DNA of 64,000 nt from Eubacteriales bacterium. GTDB taxonomy: Bacteria; Bacillota; Clostridia; Oscillospirales; CAG-272. Under the pieces are notes generated by a model. It made no database searches and was not told the DNA's origin. It worked only from the letters and a program-made list of their open reading frames with translations. Within the stretch, counting starts at the first letter, position 1. Each line of letters opens with the position of its first letter. Below are positions 1 through 8,662 of the stretch, in pieces. A program made the position numbers and the translations under genes. The stretch covers positions 25 through 64,024 of the forward strand of contig JAZORZ010000046.1 of assembly GCA_045656885.1 (NCBI GenBank). Reading direction: 5' to 3'.

Positions 1-1
1 T

Positions 2-295
2 AACGCGCTCCGCAACGTTGAGGTTTTTGCCGCACGCGAGGACCTGCCCGTAGAGGAGGGAAGCTTCTTTATTGCCGACCTTATCGGACTGCCCGTTAAG
101 CACGCCGACACGAATGCACTGCTCGGCAAGCTCGCCACCGTCAACACGAGCAACGCGCGTGACCTTTACGTGGTCAAGAACCAAAAGGGCGAGTTTTACG
201 TTCCCGCGGTACCCGAGTTCATCACCAATATCGACCCCGACGATGCCATTTACGTTCGTCCCATTCCCGGACTGATTGAGGGAGGAGAGGACTGA
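2..295 (+). CDS. rimM: RimM 16S rRNA processing protein, C-terminal part (5' end lies outside the window)
   Basis: Frame 2 is open from the window edge to TGA at 293-295. The translation ...DLPVEEGSFFIADLIGLPVKH...ARDLYVVKNQKGEFYVPAVPEFITNIDPDD... resembles the RimM PRC-barrel C-terminus. It lies directly upstream of trmD, as in the conserved operon. It is absent from the ORF track because no start codon falls in the window. Confidence 0.8.
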   Translation, partial: NALRNVEVFAAREDLPVEEGSFFIADLIGLPVKHADTNALLGKLATVNTSNARDLYVVKNQKGEFYVPAVPEFITNIDPDDAIYVRPIPGLIEGGED

Positions 296-296
296 T

Positions 297-1007
297 ATGC
301 GCTTTGACATTATGACACTTTTCCCGGGACTTGTGGATACCGTGCTTGGCGAAAGCATTATCGGACGTGCGCAAAAGAGCGGCGCGATCACCGTAAAAAC
401 GCACAACATCCGCGACTATTCCGAGGATAAGCACCGCCGTGTGGACGATACGCCCTACGGTGGCGGCAAGGGCATGCTGATGATGGCGCCCCCCATTTAC
501 AACTGCTACACGGCTATTTTGCAAATGCAAGCCGAGGAGGGATTTATTCCCAAGAAGAGACACGTGATTTATCTTTCCCCCACGGGCAAGGTGCTCAACC
601 AAACCCGCGCCGCCGAACTCGCACGCGACTACGACAACCTCATTCTGCTTTGCGGTCACTACGAGGGCGTTGACCGCCGCATCGTTGACGAGATCGTGGA
701 CGAAGAGATCTCCATCGGCGATTTTGTGCTCACGGGTGGTGAGATCCCCGCATGCATTCTCACCGACTGCGTTGCTCGCCTTTGCGATGGTGTGCTCTCC
801 GATGCCGAGTGCTATGAGAAAGAGAGCATTTCCTCAGGGCTTTTGGAATATCCCCAATACACACGCCCTTATGAGTTCCACGGTGTAAAGGTGCCCGACG
901 TGCTCATTTCGGGACACCACAAAAACATCGACGCTTGGCGCGACGAGCAGGCAAAAGAGTTGACCGAAAAATTGCGCCCCGATTTGTTGGAGAAAAACGA
1001 ACAGTAA
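297..1007 (+). CDS. trmD: tRNA (guanine37-N1)-methyltransferase TrmD
   Basis: MRFDIMTLFPGL...DDTPYGGGKGMLM... is a typical TrmD. The ATG at 297 is preceded by GGAGGAGAGG. The track ORF starts earlier, at 276, and overlaps rimM. Confidence 0.93.
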   Translation: MRFDIMTLFPGLVDTVLGESIIGRAQKSGAITVKTHNIRDYSEDKHRRVDDTPYGGGKGMLMMAPPIYNCYTAILQMQAEEGFIPKKRHVIYLSPTGKVLNQTRAAELARDYDNLILLCGHYEGVDRRIVDEIVDEEISIGDFVLTGGEIPACILTDCVARLCDGVLSDAECYEKESISSGLLEYPQYTRPYEFHGVKVPDVLISGHHKNIDAWRDEQAKELTEKLRPDLLEKNEQ

Positions 1008-1012
1008 AAAAT

Positions 1013-1049
1013 CACTCCCCCTTACATATCACACAAGGGGGAGTTTTTT
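1013..1049 (+). terminator. Intrinsic terminator after trmD
   Basis: Stem CACTCCCCCTT / AAGGGGGAGT followed by a T-run. The 3' arm also carries the RBS of the next ORF. Confidence 0.6.
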
Positions 1050-2330
1050 ATGTCTTTTTGGGTACCTGTGTTGCATTTTTTGCGGCAAACGCGCATTTTG
1101 CCAAGGATCGATGCGGCAATCGAATACTATGATTTGCCCGACATGGCTTTTCTCGTTTTGCTTTCTGCATTTCCGCTTTTTGGGCTGTTGGAGCACTCCA
1201 CGTTTTGGCTCTTGCCCATTTGTGTGCTGCTTCTTTTGTGGTTTGTGCGCACCTTGTTTCAGAAGGGAAAAACCAAGCCCGATTTTGCCGATTTTCTCGT
1301 CCTTCTCATCTTGCTTTTGCAAGTCTCGGCGGCATTTACGGGCTACGGCCGCATCGAGGACGCCCTCGCGGCGGCACTCCTGACCTCGGTGTGGTTTCCC
1401 GCACGCCGATTTTTTGAAAGAAGAGGAGATGGTGCCCTCGTATTTCTCTCCTCACTTGCTCTCTTTGCCGTTTCGGCAGTGGGAGTGGGGGAGTACCTTT
1501 TTGGTATGGCGGAGCTTCGATGGGTGGATGCAAAGCGTTTTGGCGACATCGGCGGGCGTGTGACCTCGTTTTTCTCCAACCCCAACATTTTGGCAATCTA
1601 TCTGCTCTTGTATTTTCCTCTCCCCCTTCGGGCAATCTTTTCACCGCAAAACAAGGGACGTATGCGCGTATTCTATGCGGTAACCGCCGCTCTTTCTGCA
1701 ATTTGCATTCTTTTTACGTGGTCACGCGGCGCGTGGCTGGGGCTCGGTTTGGAGTGCTTGCTTTTCCTTTTGCTCCATAGCAAAAAGAGCCGTATTGCCG
1801 CACTTTTTTTGCCGCCGATTGCGCTCTTATCCATTCCGATTTTGCCGCAAAGCTTTCGGGGGAGACTCTTTAGCATTGCCGACCTTGGCGAGAGCTCTGT
1901 TCGTTATCGATTGCAAACTTGGCAGGGGACCTGCAAAATGCTTGGGCATCACCCCGTCGGCATTGGCGTGGGAGAGTGGGCGTGGCGCATCATCTATCCG
2001 CACTACGCCGTCAGCGGAACCAAGACCGTAATGCACGCGCACAACGTCTTTTTACAGGTTGCCACCGAGCTTGGATTTGTAGGGCTTGCGGTGTTTTTGC
2101 TCCTGATCACCGTTTCTCTTCGTCGCGCTCTCCGCACGCGGGAGGCCGCCTTTCTCTGTGCCGTCTCGGGTGTGCTTGTTATGGGAATGTTCGACCACCT
2201 TTGGTACTATCCCGGCATGCTTCTGCCGTTTTGGTCGATGCTTGCCTTTTGTACCCAAAACCGACCAAAAGATGTGCCAAGGCCTCGTTTTGTGGACATT
2301 TTGCACGAAAACCAATGCCGTTGCCTATAA
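1050..2330 (+). CDS. O-antigen ligase/polymerase-like (Wzy_C family) polytopic membrane protein
   Basis: The 426-aa product is multi-TM. It contains the motif ...LFTWSRGAWLGLGLECLLFLLL... typical of the O-antigen ligase family, and GGGGGAG lies upstream of the ATG. Confidence 0.7.
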   Translation: MSFWVPVLHFLRQTRILPRIDAAIEYYDLPDMAFLVLLSAFPLFGLLEHSTFWLLPICVLLLLWFVRTLFQKGKTKPDFADFLVLLILLLQVSAAFTGYGRIEDALAAALLTSVWFPARRFFERRGDGALVFLSSLALFAVSAVGVGEYLFGMAELRWVDAKRFGDIGGRVTSFFSNPNILAIYLLLYFPLPLRAIFSPQNKGRMRVFYAVTAALSAICILFTWSRGAWLGLGLECLLFLLLHSKKSRIAALFLPPIALLSIPILPQSFRGRLFSIADLGESSVRYRLQTWQGTCKMLGHHPVGIGVGEWAWRIIYPHYAVSGTKTVMHAHNVFLQVATELGFVGLAVFLLLITVSLRRALRTREAAFLCAVSGVLVMGMFDHLWYYPGMLLPFWSMLAFCTQNRPKDVPRPRFVDILHENQCRCL

Positions 2331-2456
2331 AAAAACAACAAATTGACATATTGATTTTTTGAAAACATTTTGATATAATATTATTATAATAAACAAACTG
2401 CGCCCGAAACATCGGGCGTAACCATTCATTTACGAGAGTACAGGAGAGATTAACGT

Positions 2457-2723
2457 ATGATTTCACGTCAGGTTACCATTACCAATTCCAGTGGATTACA
2501 CGCGCGTCCCGCCACTTTCTTTATCCAAAAGGCAAACAGCTATAAGGCATCTATTTGGGTAGAGAAGGAGGATCGCAAGGTCAGCGCCAAAAGTCTCTTG
2601 GGCGTTCTTTCGCTGGGCGTTGCAAAGGGTATGACCATTACCTTGATTGCTGACGGTCAGGATGAGAATGCCGCAGTTGCAGGCTTGGTAGAACTGATCG
2701 AAAACGGTTTTGCGGAATATTAA
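2457..2723 (+). CDS. ptsH: Phosphocarrier protein HPr
   Basis: 88 aa. GLHARPA contains the His15 site and KSLLGVLSLG contains the Ser46 regulatory site. Confidence 0.93.
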   Translation: MISRQVTITNSSGLHARPATFFIQKANSYKASIWVEKEDRKVSAKSLLGVLSLGVAKGMTITLIADGQDENAAVAGLVELIENGFAEY

Positions 2724-2740
2724 TCCATCACTTGCATAGG

Positions 2741-2790
2741 CGGCGTGTAGCAGTTAGGGCGTAGACCCTTTGTGCGCACGCCGTTTTTGT
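2741..2790 (+). terminator. Probable terminator after ptsH
   Basis: CGGCGTG...CACGCCG stem with an inner AGGG/CCCT stem, followed by TTTTTGTT. Confidence 0.45.
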
Positions 2791-3017
2791 TCCGCAAGAG
2801 GAATTATGCCGTCTACGGACGGCTCACCTCATCAGTCACTGCCGCAAACGGCAGATGACAGCTTCCCCTCAAGGGGAATCCTTTTGGATGTTTCGCAACG
2901 CCTCAAAGCATTCTCCTTGAGGAGAAGGTGGCGAGCAATGCGAGTCGGATGAGGTGACAGATGCATAGCATCTGCCAATATTGTGTTTTTTGATTTTCCA
3001 ACGAAAGGAGGCCGCGT

Positions 3018-4850
3018 ATGACACGGGACGCCGACAGAATGAGCCGCCTGCTCCAAAAGGCAAACGATCTGCCGCTCTGCCCGGGCGTTTACATTATGCG
3101 CGATGTGCGCGGCAAGGTCATCTACGTGGGTAAGTCGCGCAAGCTCAAATCCCGCGTATCGCAGTATTTTCAAAACAGCGAAAAGAACCTCAAGACCGCG
3201 CGCATGGTCGCATCGGTCGAGGATTTTGACTGCTATGTTTGCGACAATGAGATGGAGGCACTCTCGCTGGAGAACACCCTCATCAAGCAATACAATCCCA
3301 AGTACAACATTCGACTCAAGGATGCAAAATCCTATCCCTATATCAAAATCACCAACGAGGAGTATCCCCGTCTGGTTTTCACGCGCAAAAGGGAAAAGGA
3401 TAAAGCGCGCTATTTCGGCCCCTATTCGGGCTCGGGAACTGCCTATTCGCTCATCGAGCTCTTGTCGCGCACCTTGCGCCTGCCCACCTGCTCGCGCCGT
3501 TTTCCAAAGGATATTGGCCGCGAACGCCCCTGCATTTATTACCAAATGGGGCGTTGCACAGGTCTTTGCACGGGTAACGTAACACCCGAGGAGCATAAAG
3601 CCACTATGCGGCTTGCCGCCGAGCTTTTGGGCGGTAAGGTCAAGGATGTCAAACGCGAGATCGAGACGCAAATGTACGCGCACGCCGAGGCGGAACGCTA
3701 CGAGCAAGCCGCCAAATGTCGCGATACCCTCACGGCTCTTGACCGCATCAGCGAAAAGCAAAAGGTGGTCGCATCTCCCGATACTGATCAGGACGTTATT
3801 GCTTTTTACGCTGACGAGCTTTGTGCTTGCATTTCGGTTTTCTATATCCGTGCAGGTATTCTGCAGGATAAAAACGACTTTTTGTTTGGCGCGGATGCGC
3901 TCCCCGAGCCCGAGGAGATCACTGCATTCCTTTGCCGTCATTACAGTATGCGCGAGGATATTCCGCCGCGTGTGCTTCTGTCCTTTGCCACTGATGAAGA
4001 AGAAATTTCTACTCTGAGCAACTATCTGCACCACATTTCGGGGCACCGGGTATATGTGCGCGTTCCCGAGCGGGGAGAGTTGCACACGCTTTGCGATATG
4101 GCGCAAAAGAATGCCGCCGAGCAAGCACGTCTGTTCGTGGCGCAAACCAACCGCACCGAGGGGACGCTCGTGCGCCTTTCGGAAATGCTCTCCTTGGAGT
4201 GCTATCCCGAACGCATCGAGGCATACGACATTTCCAATATCGGTTCGGAGCACCTGACCGCAGGCATGATCGTTTGCGAGGAAGGAAAATTCAAAAAATC
4301 CGATTACCGCACCTTCCGTATTGGCAGTGTAGAGGGAACGGACGACTATGCCTCTATGCGCGAGGCGCTTGACCGCCGTCTCTCACACCTGAGTGATGCC
4401 GAGGGTTCGTTCTCAAACCTACCCGACCTCATTCTGCTCGATGGCGGACGCGGACATGTTTCCACCGTTCGAGCACTCCTCGAAGAGAAGGGATTGGATA
4501 TTCCCGTGTTCGGTATGGTTAAGGACGATTACCACAAAACACGCGCCCTTTGCACCGAGACCGAGGAGATCTCCATTGCCCGACAGCAGGACGTTTTCAC
4601 ACTGCTTTACCGCATTCAAGAGGAAGTTCACCGCTACACAGTCGGTCGCATGACACAAGCCAAGCGCAAAACGGTGCGCACCTCATCCCTTACCAAAATC
4701 CCCGGCATTGGCGATGCCAAAGCCAAAAAACTCCTCGCTGCCTTCGGCGGACTCGCCGCCCTCAAAAAGGCAACCCGTGAAGAGATTGCTGCCGTGTCAG
4801 GCATTTCGGAGAAAGACGCGGACAATATTGTGGCGTATTTTGAGAAGTAG
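3018..4850 (+). CDS. uvrC: Excinuclease ABC subunit C
   Basis: 610 aa. GIY-YIG N-terminus (PGVYIMRD..GKVIYVGKS), UvrBC-interaction region and C-terminal (HhH)2. AAAGGAGG lies upstream. Confidence 0.95.
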   Translation: MTRDADRMSRLLQKANDLPLCPGVYIMRDVRGKVIYVGKSRKLKSRVSQYFQNSEKNLKTARMVASVEDFDCYVCDNEMEALSLENTLIKQYNPKYNIRLKDAKSYPYIKITNEEYPRLVFTRKREKDKARYFGPYSGSGTAYSLIELLSRTLRLPTCSRRFPKDIGRERPCIYYQMGRCTGLCTGNVTPEEHKATMRLAAELLGGKVKDVKREIETQMYAHAEAERYEQAAKCRDTLTALDRISEKQKVVASPDTDQDVIAFYADELCACISVFYIRAGILQDKNDFLFGADALPEPEEITAFLCRHYSMREDIPPRVLLSFATDEEEISTLSNYLHHISGHRVYVRVPERGELHTLCDMAQKNAAEQARLFVAQTNRTEGTLVRLSEMLSLECYPERIEAYDISNIGSEHLTAGMIVCEEGKFKKSDYRTFRIGSVEGTDDYASMREALDRRLSHLSDAEGSFSNLPDLILLDGGRGHVSTVRALLEEKGLDIPVFGMVKDDYHKTRALCTETEEISIARQQDVFTLLYRIQEEVHRYTVGRMTQAKRKTVRTSSLTKIPGIGDAKAKKLLAAFGGLAALKKATREEIAAVSGISEKDADNIVAYFEK

Positions 4851-4861
4851 GGGAGGCGTTT

Positions 4862-5042
4862 GTGGGGGATCTTTTGGAAAAGTTCCCCCACGCCCCCTCA
4901 AAACTTTTGCACAAAGGGTCAACAAAGATAATTCCAAGCTCACCGACGGACAGTCGACGCGAACACAATGTTCGCTTTGGCTACCGCGAGCTCCCAGGGA
5001 CCACCGAGACCCTGGTCGCTCGGAAAGTAGCTTGCTATCAGG
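4862..5042 (+). repeat. Structured repeat unit, copy 1 (forward), begins 11 nt after the uvrC stop
   Basis: Terminal hairpin GTGGGGGATCTTTTggaAAAGTTCCCCCAC (4862-4891), then the blocks ACAGTCGaCGC, hairpin GCGAACA-caa-TGTTCGC, and CCACCGAGACCC. It aligns with units at 8404, 11861 and, in reverse complement, 5096, 8663 and 31889. Confidence 0.85.
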
Positions 5043-5095
5043 TAATCTATCTAACCTTGTAGGGGACTGGCGTCCTCGACGGTCCGCCCCCACCG

Positions 5096-5274
5096 CAATC
5101 AACTCTCTTAGCGGATAGGGTAGAGGCCCCTAGCCGCTTGCGGCAGCAAAAGCGAGCGTGTCGCTCGCGCCGCCCGTCTATCAGCAAACTAACAAATTCA
5201 TATAAGAAATTTTTGTCAGCAAGTTTTTGGGAAGGGGTGTGGGGAAACCCTTTTCTCAAAAAGGGTTTCCCCAC
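5096..5274 (-). repeat. Structured repeat unit, copy 2 (reverse), ends 20 nt upstream of rsmD
   Basis: This is the reverse complement of the same unit. The terminal hairpin GTGGGGAAACCCTTTTtctcAAAAAGGGTTTCCCCAC lies at 5239-5274. Confidence 0.85.
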
Positions 5275-5293
5275 AAAAAAAGGAGTCAACACT

Positions 5294-5869
5294 ATGATGC
5301 GTATAATAACAGGAAAAGCCAGAGGCACAAAATTGCAAACGCTTGCGGGCGAGGCAACGAGACCGACGGCAGAGAGGACGAAGGAAGCGATCTTCTCGAT
5401 GATCAATTTTGATATTTTGGGTGCGCGAGTGCTCGACTTGTTTGCGGGCTCGGGGCAGCTTGGTCTTGAGGCACTCAGCAGAGGCGCGGAGTACGCGGTG
5501 TTCAACGATTCGTCAAGAGAAGCCGCGGCTATCATTCGCGCGAACGCGGAAAAAACGAGAATGATCGATTCTTGTGAGATCCTTTCTACCGACTGGCAGC
5601 CCGTTCTGCGCCGCTTTGCAGGGCGCGAGAGATTTGAACTCTCCTTCCTTGATCCCCCCTATGCAGGTGGATTTTTGCCCAAGGTGCTTGGCAAAATGAT
5701 TGAGTGGGACTTGCTCTCGGAGGGCGCAGTTATCGTTTGCGAAAGCGCCAACGAAGAAGATGTTTTTGGCGGCAACGAGGAGCTGAAAAATCAATTTACT
5801 GTTCGGCGTGTGGCGCGTTACGGCGCGGCGTGCGTTACCATTTTGGAAAAAGGAGAAAAAGAAGAATGA
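5294..5869 (+). CDS. rsmD: 16S rRNA (guanine966-N2)-methyltransferase RsmD
   Basis: MMRIITGKARGTKLQTLAGEATRPTAERTKEAIFSMI...LDLFAGSGQLGLEALSRGA...FLDPPY. The ATG at 5294 follows AAAGGAG. The longer track ORF from 5138 runs through the repeat element and was not used. Confidence 0.9.
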   Translation: MMRIITGKARGTKLQTLAGEATRPTAERTKEAIFSMINFDILGARVLDLFAGSGQLGLEALSRGAEYAVFNDSSREAAAIIRANAEKTRMIDSCEILSTDWQPVLRRFAGRERFELSFLDPPYAGGFLPKVLGKMIEWDLLSEGAVIVCESANEEDVFGGNEELKNQFTVRRVARYGAACVTILEKGEKEE

Positions 5870-6357
5870 GCATTGCCATTGTACCCGGTAGCTTTGACCC
5901 GATAACACTCGGCCATTTGGAGCTTATCAAAACGGTTGCCAAACGCTACGACGAGGTTGTGGTGGCGGTTATGGTCAACCGTGCAAAAAAATATTTGTTC
6001 GATATGGAAACGCGCGTAGCCATTGCAGAGGAGACGGTAAAGGAACTCCCCAACGTGCGCGTGATTGCCGATAGCGGAATGCTCATTGACCTGTTTGACC
6101 GCCTCGGCGCCGATGCCGTTTGCAAGGGGTGGAGAAACCAACACGATTACGATTACGAATTGCATATGGCAGATTGGAATTCCGCGCACAACCCGCGCTT
6201 CCGTACCGAAATGATCCGCGCCAAAAAGTCGGTCGAGCATATCAGCTCAAGCGAGGTTCGCCGCCGCCTTCTGGCAGGGGAGCCACTCGATGGCATCGTT
6301 CACCCCGATGCCGAGCATTTGATCTTTGCACGATTTATTGAAAACGGAGGTAAGTAA
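5866..6357 (+). CDS. coaD: Phosphopantetheine adenylyltransferase
   Basis: MSIAIVPGSFDPITLGHLELIK... contains the T/HxGH motif. ATGA start/stop overlap with rsmD. Confidence 0.93.
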   Translation: MSIAIVPGSFDPITLGHLELIKTVAKRYDEVVVAVMVNRAKKYLFDMETRVAIAEETVKELPNVRVIADSGMLIDLFDRLGADAVCKGWRNQHDYDYELHMADWNSAHNPRFRTEMIRAKKSVEHISSSEVRRRLLAGEPLDGIVHPDAEHLIFARFIENGGK

Positions 6358-6358
6358 T

Positions 6359-6994
6359 ATGGACTTTAAAAATATACGCAACGCATTTTCGCGCACCTCT
6401 CTTGCAGTAGCGGGGATCGGTGTTTTGATTGGACTCTTACTCATTCTTATTCCCGTTGGCTTTTTGCTTGACGTGGTGTTCTTTATTATGGGTATTGCAA
6501 TCATCGTTGTCAGCTTGCCCGCGCTCATCTCTCTTTTGCCGCTCCACAACACAGGCGTGGGCAAGGTGAGCTTGATCTGCACCGCTCTGACGGTGGTTGC
6601 GGGCTTTTTGATGCTCTTTTGGCATAGCAGTGTCCTGCTCATTGTTGTGGGTGTTGTTATGATCGTGCAGCCCATTCTTTCCATCATCAGCGCAACCGAT
6701 GCCACGGCTCGCCTTAAGGCAGAAGCTCCCAAGCTCATTATCGGTATCGTGTTGGTTGTTCTCGGCCCTGCAAAGGCCATCGACACCCTGTTTGATATTG
6801 CAGGCATTGGGCTCATCATTTTGAGCATCGTTTACTTGATCTCGATGTATCGGATAGTCAGAAAGAGCCAAAATGTCACAGGTGCGCGCGTTTTTGTAGA
6901 TACCGACGGCAACGGAAAAATTGACACCGTTTACGTTGATACCGACGGCAACGGCAAAGCCGACACCGCAACTTATTATCGCGAAAAGAAATGA
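6359..6994 (+). CDS. Polytopic membrane protein with two C-terminal DTDGNGK(I/A)DT loops
   Basis: GGAGG lies 8 nt upstream of the ATG at 6359. There are 4-5 hydrophobic segments, and the C-terminus reads VFVDTDGNGKIDTVYVDTDGNGKADTATYY. Confidence 0.7.
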   Translation: MDFKNIRNAFSRTSLAVAGIGVLIGLLLILIPVGFLLDVVFFIMGIAIIVVSLPALISLLPLHNTGVGKVSLICTALTVVAGFLMLFWHSSVLLIVVGVVMIVQPILSIISATDATARLKAEAPKLIIGIVLVVLGPAKAIDTLFDIAGIGLIILSIVYLISMYRIVRKSQNVTGARVFVDTDGNGKIDTVYVDTDGNGKADTATYYREKK

Positions 6995-8391
6995 ACAAAT
7001 ATAAAAAGTTAGCGTCTAACACCGTTATTCTCGGTATTGGAACGTTTGGTTCAAAATTGCTCGTTTTTCTTTTAATGCCGCTCTACACGGCGTGGTTGAC
7101 CACCGCCGAATTTGGAGCCGCCGAAATGATTGCGGGCATTGCCAACTTTCTCATTCCAATAGCGTGTGTTGGTATTAGCACGGGTATTTTCCGTTTTGCG
7201 GCAGAGCGTGAAGCCGATCAAACGCGCGTCTTTTCTTCGTCTGTCGCCCTTTTGACCTTGGGACTTGGCGGCTTTTTGCTGCTCTCACCGCTTCTTTTCT
7301 TAATTCCGTATTGCAGACCGTATGTGTGGCTTGTTGTTTTTTACGTGCTTTTTGCCGACCTGCAAGCCGTATGTGCACAGTATTTGCGTGCCATTGACCG
7401 CACCGCTCTTTTTGCGGGGCAGGGTATCCTTAACACCGCCCTTACGGTTGCGTGCAACGTGCTGTTTTTGTGCGTCTTTAAAATGGGCGTTGACGGATAT
7501 ATTCTCGCGGTCATTGTTGGTAATCTTTTAACAACGATTTTTATTGTTTGCAGTGCAAAGCTTTGGCGCGTATTCTCTTTTGCAAGCATCGATCGCAAGC
7601 TGATGAAGGATCTTTTGCTGTTCAGCTTGCCCATGATTCCCGCTACGCTTTGCTGGATCATTACCAACCTCTCCGACCGTGCAATGGTCACCTATTTTTG
7701 CGGCGAGAGCATCAACGGTTTGTATGCGGCGGCGTATAAGATTCCCACTATTGTCAACCTTGTTGCAGGCATCTTTTTGCAGGCATGGCAGTTTTCTGCC
7801 GTGAATGAAGAAGAGGATCCCGAAGAGTGTTCTCGCTTTTATTCTCGCGTGTGGGAAGCATTTTTGTCGGTGATTATGATCGGTACGGTAGGGCTCATTC
7901 TTTTTTCCAAATTCTTGACAAAATTGCTCCTCAACGTTACCTTTTATGATGCTTGGGAGTATATGCCCACGCTCCTTTGCGCGGTGGCACTCGAAACGCT
8001 TGTTTCTTTTCTTGCCAGCGTTTACCTTGTACGCAAAAAAAGCGTGCACTCCTTTGTTACCGCCCTTGTGGGAGCCGTTTCAAATATCATTCTCAATTCC
8101 TGCTTTATCCCCATCATGGGTGCACTTGGTGCGGCGGTTGCAACTCTTGCAAGCTTTGCTATCGTGCTCGTCTTGCGCATGATTGATGCAAAACGCATCA
8201 TTCCGTTTGATTTTTGCTTGCCCCGCCTTTGCATCAGCATGGCACTCCTTTTTGGAGCCGCGGCAATTACAACGCTTGACCTCCCCGGCCGCATTTGGTG
8301 GACACTTTTGTGCACCCTCGCCATTTGCGCCCTCAACGCCCCCGCACTCCTGAAAGGTCTGCGCGCGATTGTTGCAAAGAGAATGAAATAA
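6991..8391 (+). CDS. MOP-superfamily oligosaccharide/polysaccharide flippase (Wzx/SpoVB-like)
   Basis: 466 aa with about 12-14 TM segments. The N-terminus MNKYKKLASNTVILGIGTFGSKLLVFLLMPLYT is typical of the Polysacc_synt family. ATGA overlap with the upstream ORF. Confidence 0.75.
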   Translation: MNKYKKLASNTVILGIGTFGSKLLVFLLMPLYTAWLTTAEFGAAEMIAGIANFLIPIACVGISTGIFRFAAEREADQTRVFSSSVALLTLGLGGFLLLSPLLFLIPYCRPYVWLVVFYVLFADLQAVCAQYLRAIDRTALFAGQGILNTALTVACNVLFLCVFKMGVDGYILAVIVGNLLTTIFIVCSAKLWRVFSFASIDRKLMKDLLLFSLPMIPATLCWIITNLSDRAMVTYFCGESINGLYAAAYKIPTIVNLVAGIFLQAWQFSAVNEEEDPEECSRFYSRVWEAFLSVIMIGTVGLILFSKFLTKLLLNVTFYDAWEYMPTLLCAVALETLVSFLASVYLVRKKSVHSFVTALVGAVSNIILNSCFIPIMGALGAAVATLASFAIVLVLRMIDAKRIIPFDFCLPRLCISMALLFGAAAITTLDLPGRIWWTLLCTLAICALNAPALLKGLRAIVAKRMK

Positions 8392-8403
8392 GGACGCGAA
8401 TTT

Positions 8404-8577
8404 GTGGGGGAACTTCTTTCGAGAAGTTCCCCCACACCCCCTCAAGAACTTGCTGACAAAGGGTTAAAAAAACAAATCCGCAATGTACTAACGTACAGTC
8501 GGCGCGAGGATAAACCTCGCTCTTGCTCTCGCAAGCTCACAGGTGCCACCGAGACCCTGCTCGCTAGGAAGTTAGTT
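8404..8577 (+). repeat. Structured repeat unit, copy 3 (forward), begins 12 nt after the flippase stop
   Basis: Hairpin GTGGGGGAACTTCTttcgAGAAGTTCCCCCAC (8404-8435), ACAGTCGGCGC, hairpin GCGAGG-ataaa-CCTCGC, and CCACCGAGACCC. Confidence 0.85.
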
Positions 8578-8585
8578 TTGCATTC

Positions 8586-8653
8586 GGGCGATTCGTGAAT
8601 CACCCCTACAAAATGTTTTCAACTTCAACGTAGGGGCGACCATTGGTCGCCCG
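8586..8653. repeat. Two GTAGGGG-type GC hairpins at the centre of the fold-back element
   Basis: GGGCGATTCGTGAATCACCCCTAC and GTAGGGGCGACCATTGGTCGCCCG. Confidence 0.8.
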
Positions 8654-8662
8654 TTTTTTTGC

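Noticed and set aside
72-659. Track ORFs 72-275 (+) and 222-659 (-) at the left edge.
   Set aside because: They overlap the well-supported rimM (frame 2) and trmD coding regions in other frames or on the other strand, and they have proline/serine-rich nonsense-like translations.
4862-5062. Small ORFs running through the structured repeats (4862-5062, 8404-8598, 31893-32246, 12116-12349, 57811-58020) whose translations look superficially related (MGELL..SPTP.., ..GDSRIARN..).
   Set aside because: The similarity follows the nucleotide repeat. Changes between copies are compensatory in hairpin stems and do not conserve amino acids. There are no RBSs, and the same units occur in both orientations.
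5138-5293. The longer N-terminal extension of rsmD (track ORF from 5138). The same reasoning applies to the extensions of coaD (5704), valS (9058), gatC (19226), gatB (20746), the EIIC-like gene (29212), the SGNH hydrolase (55836) and sigG (55586).
   Set aside because: The extensions run through repeats, leaders or upstream genes and lack an RBS. The internal ATGs have good GGAGG-type sites and give canonical N-termini.
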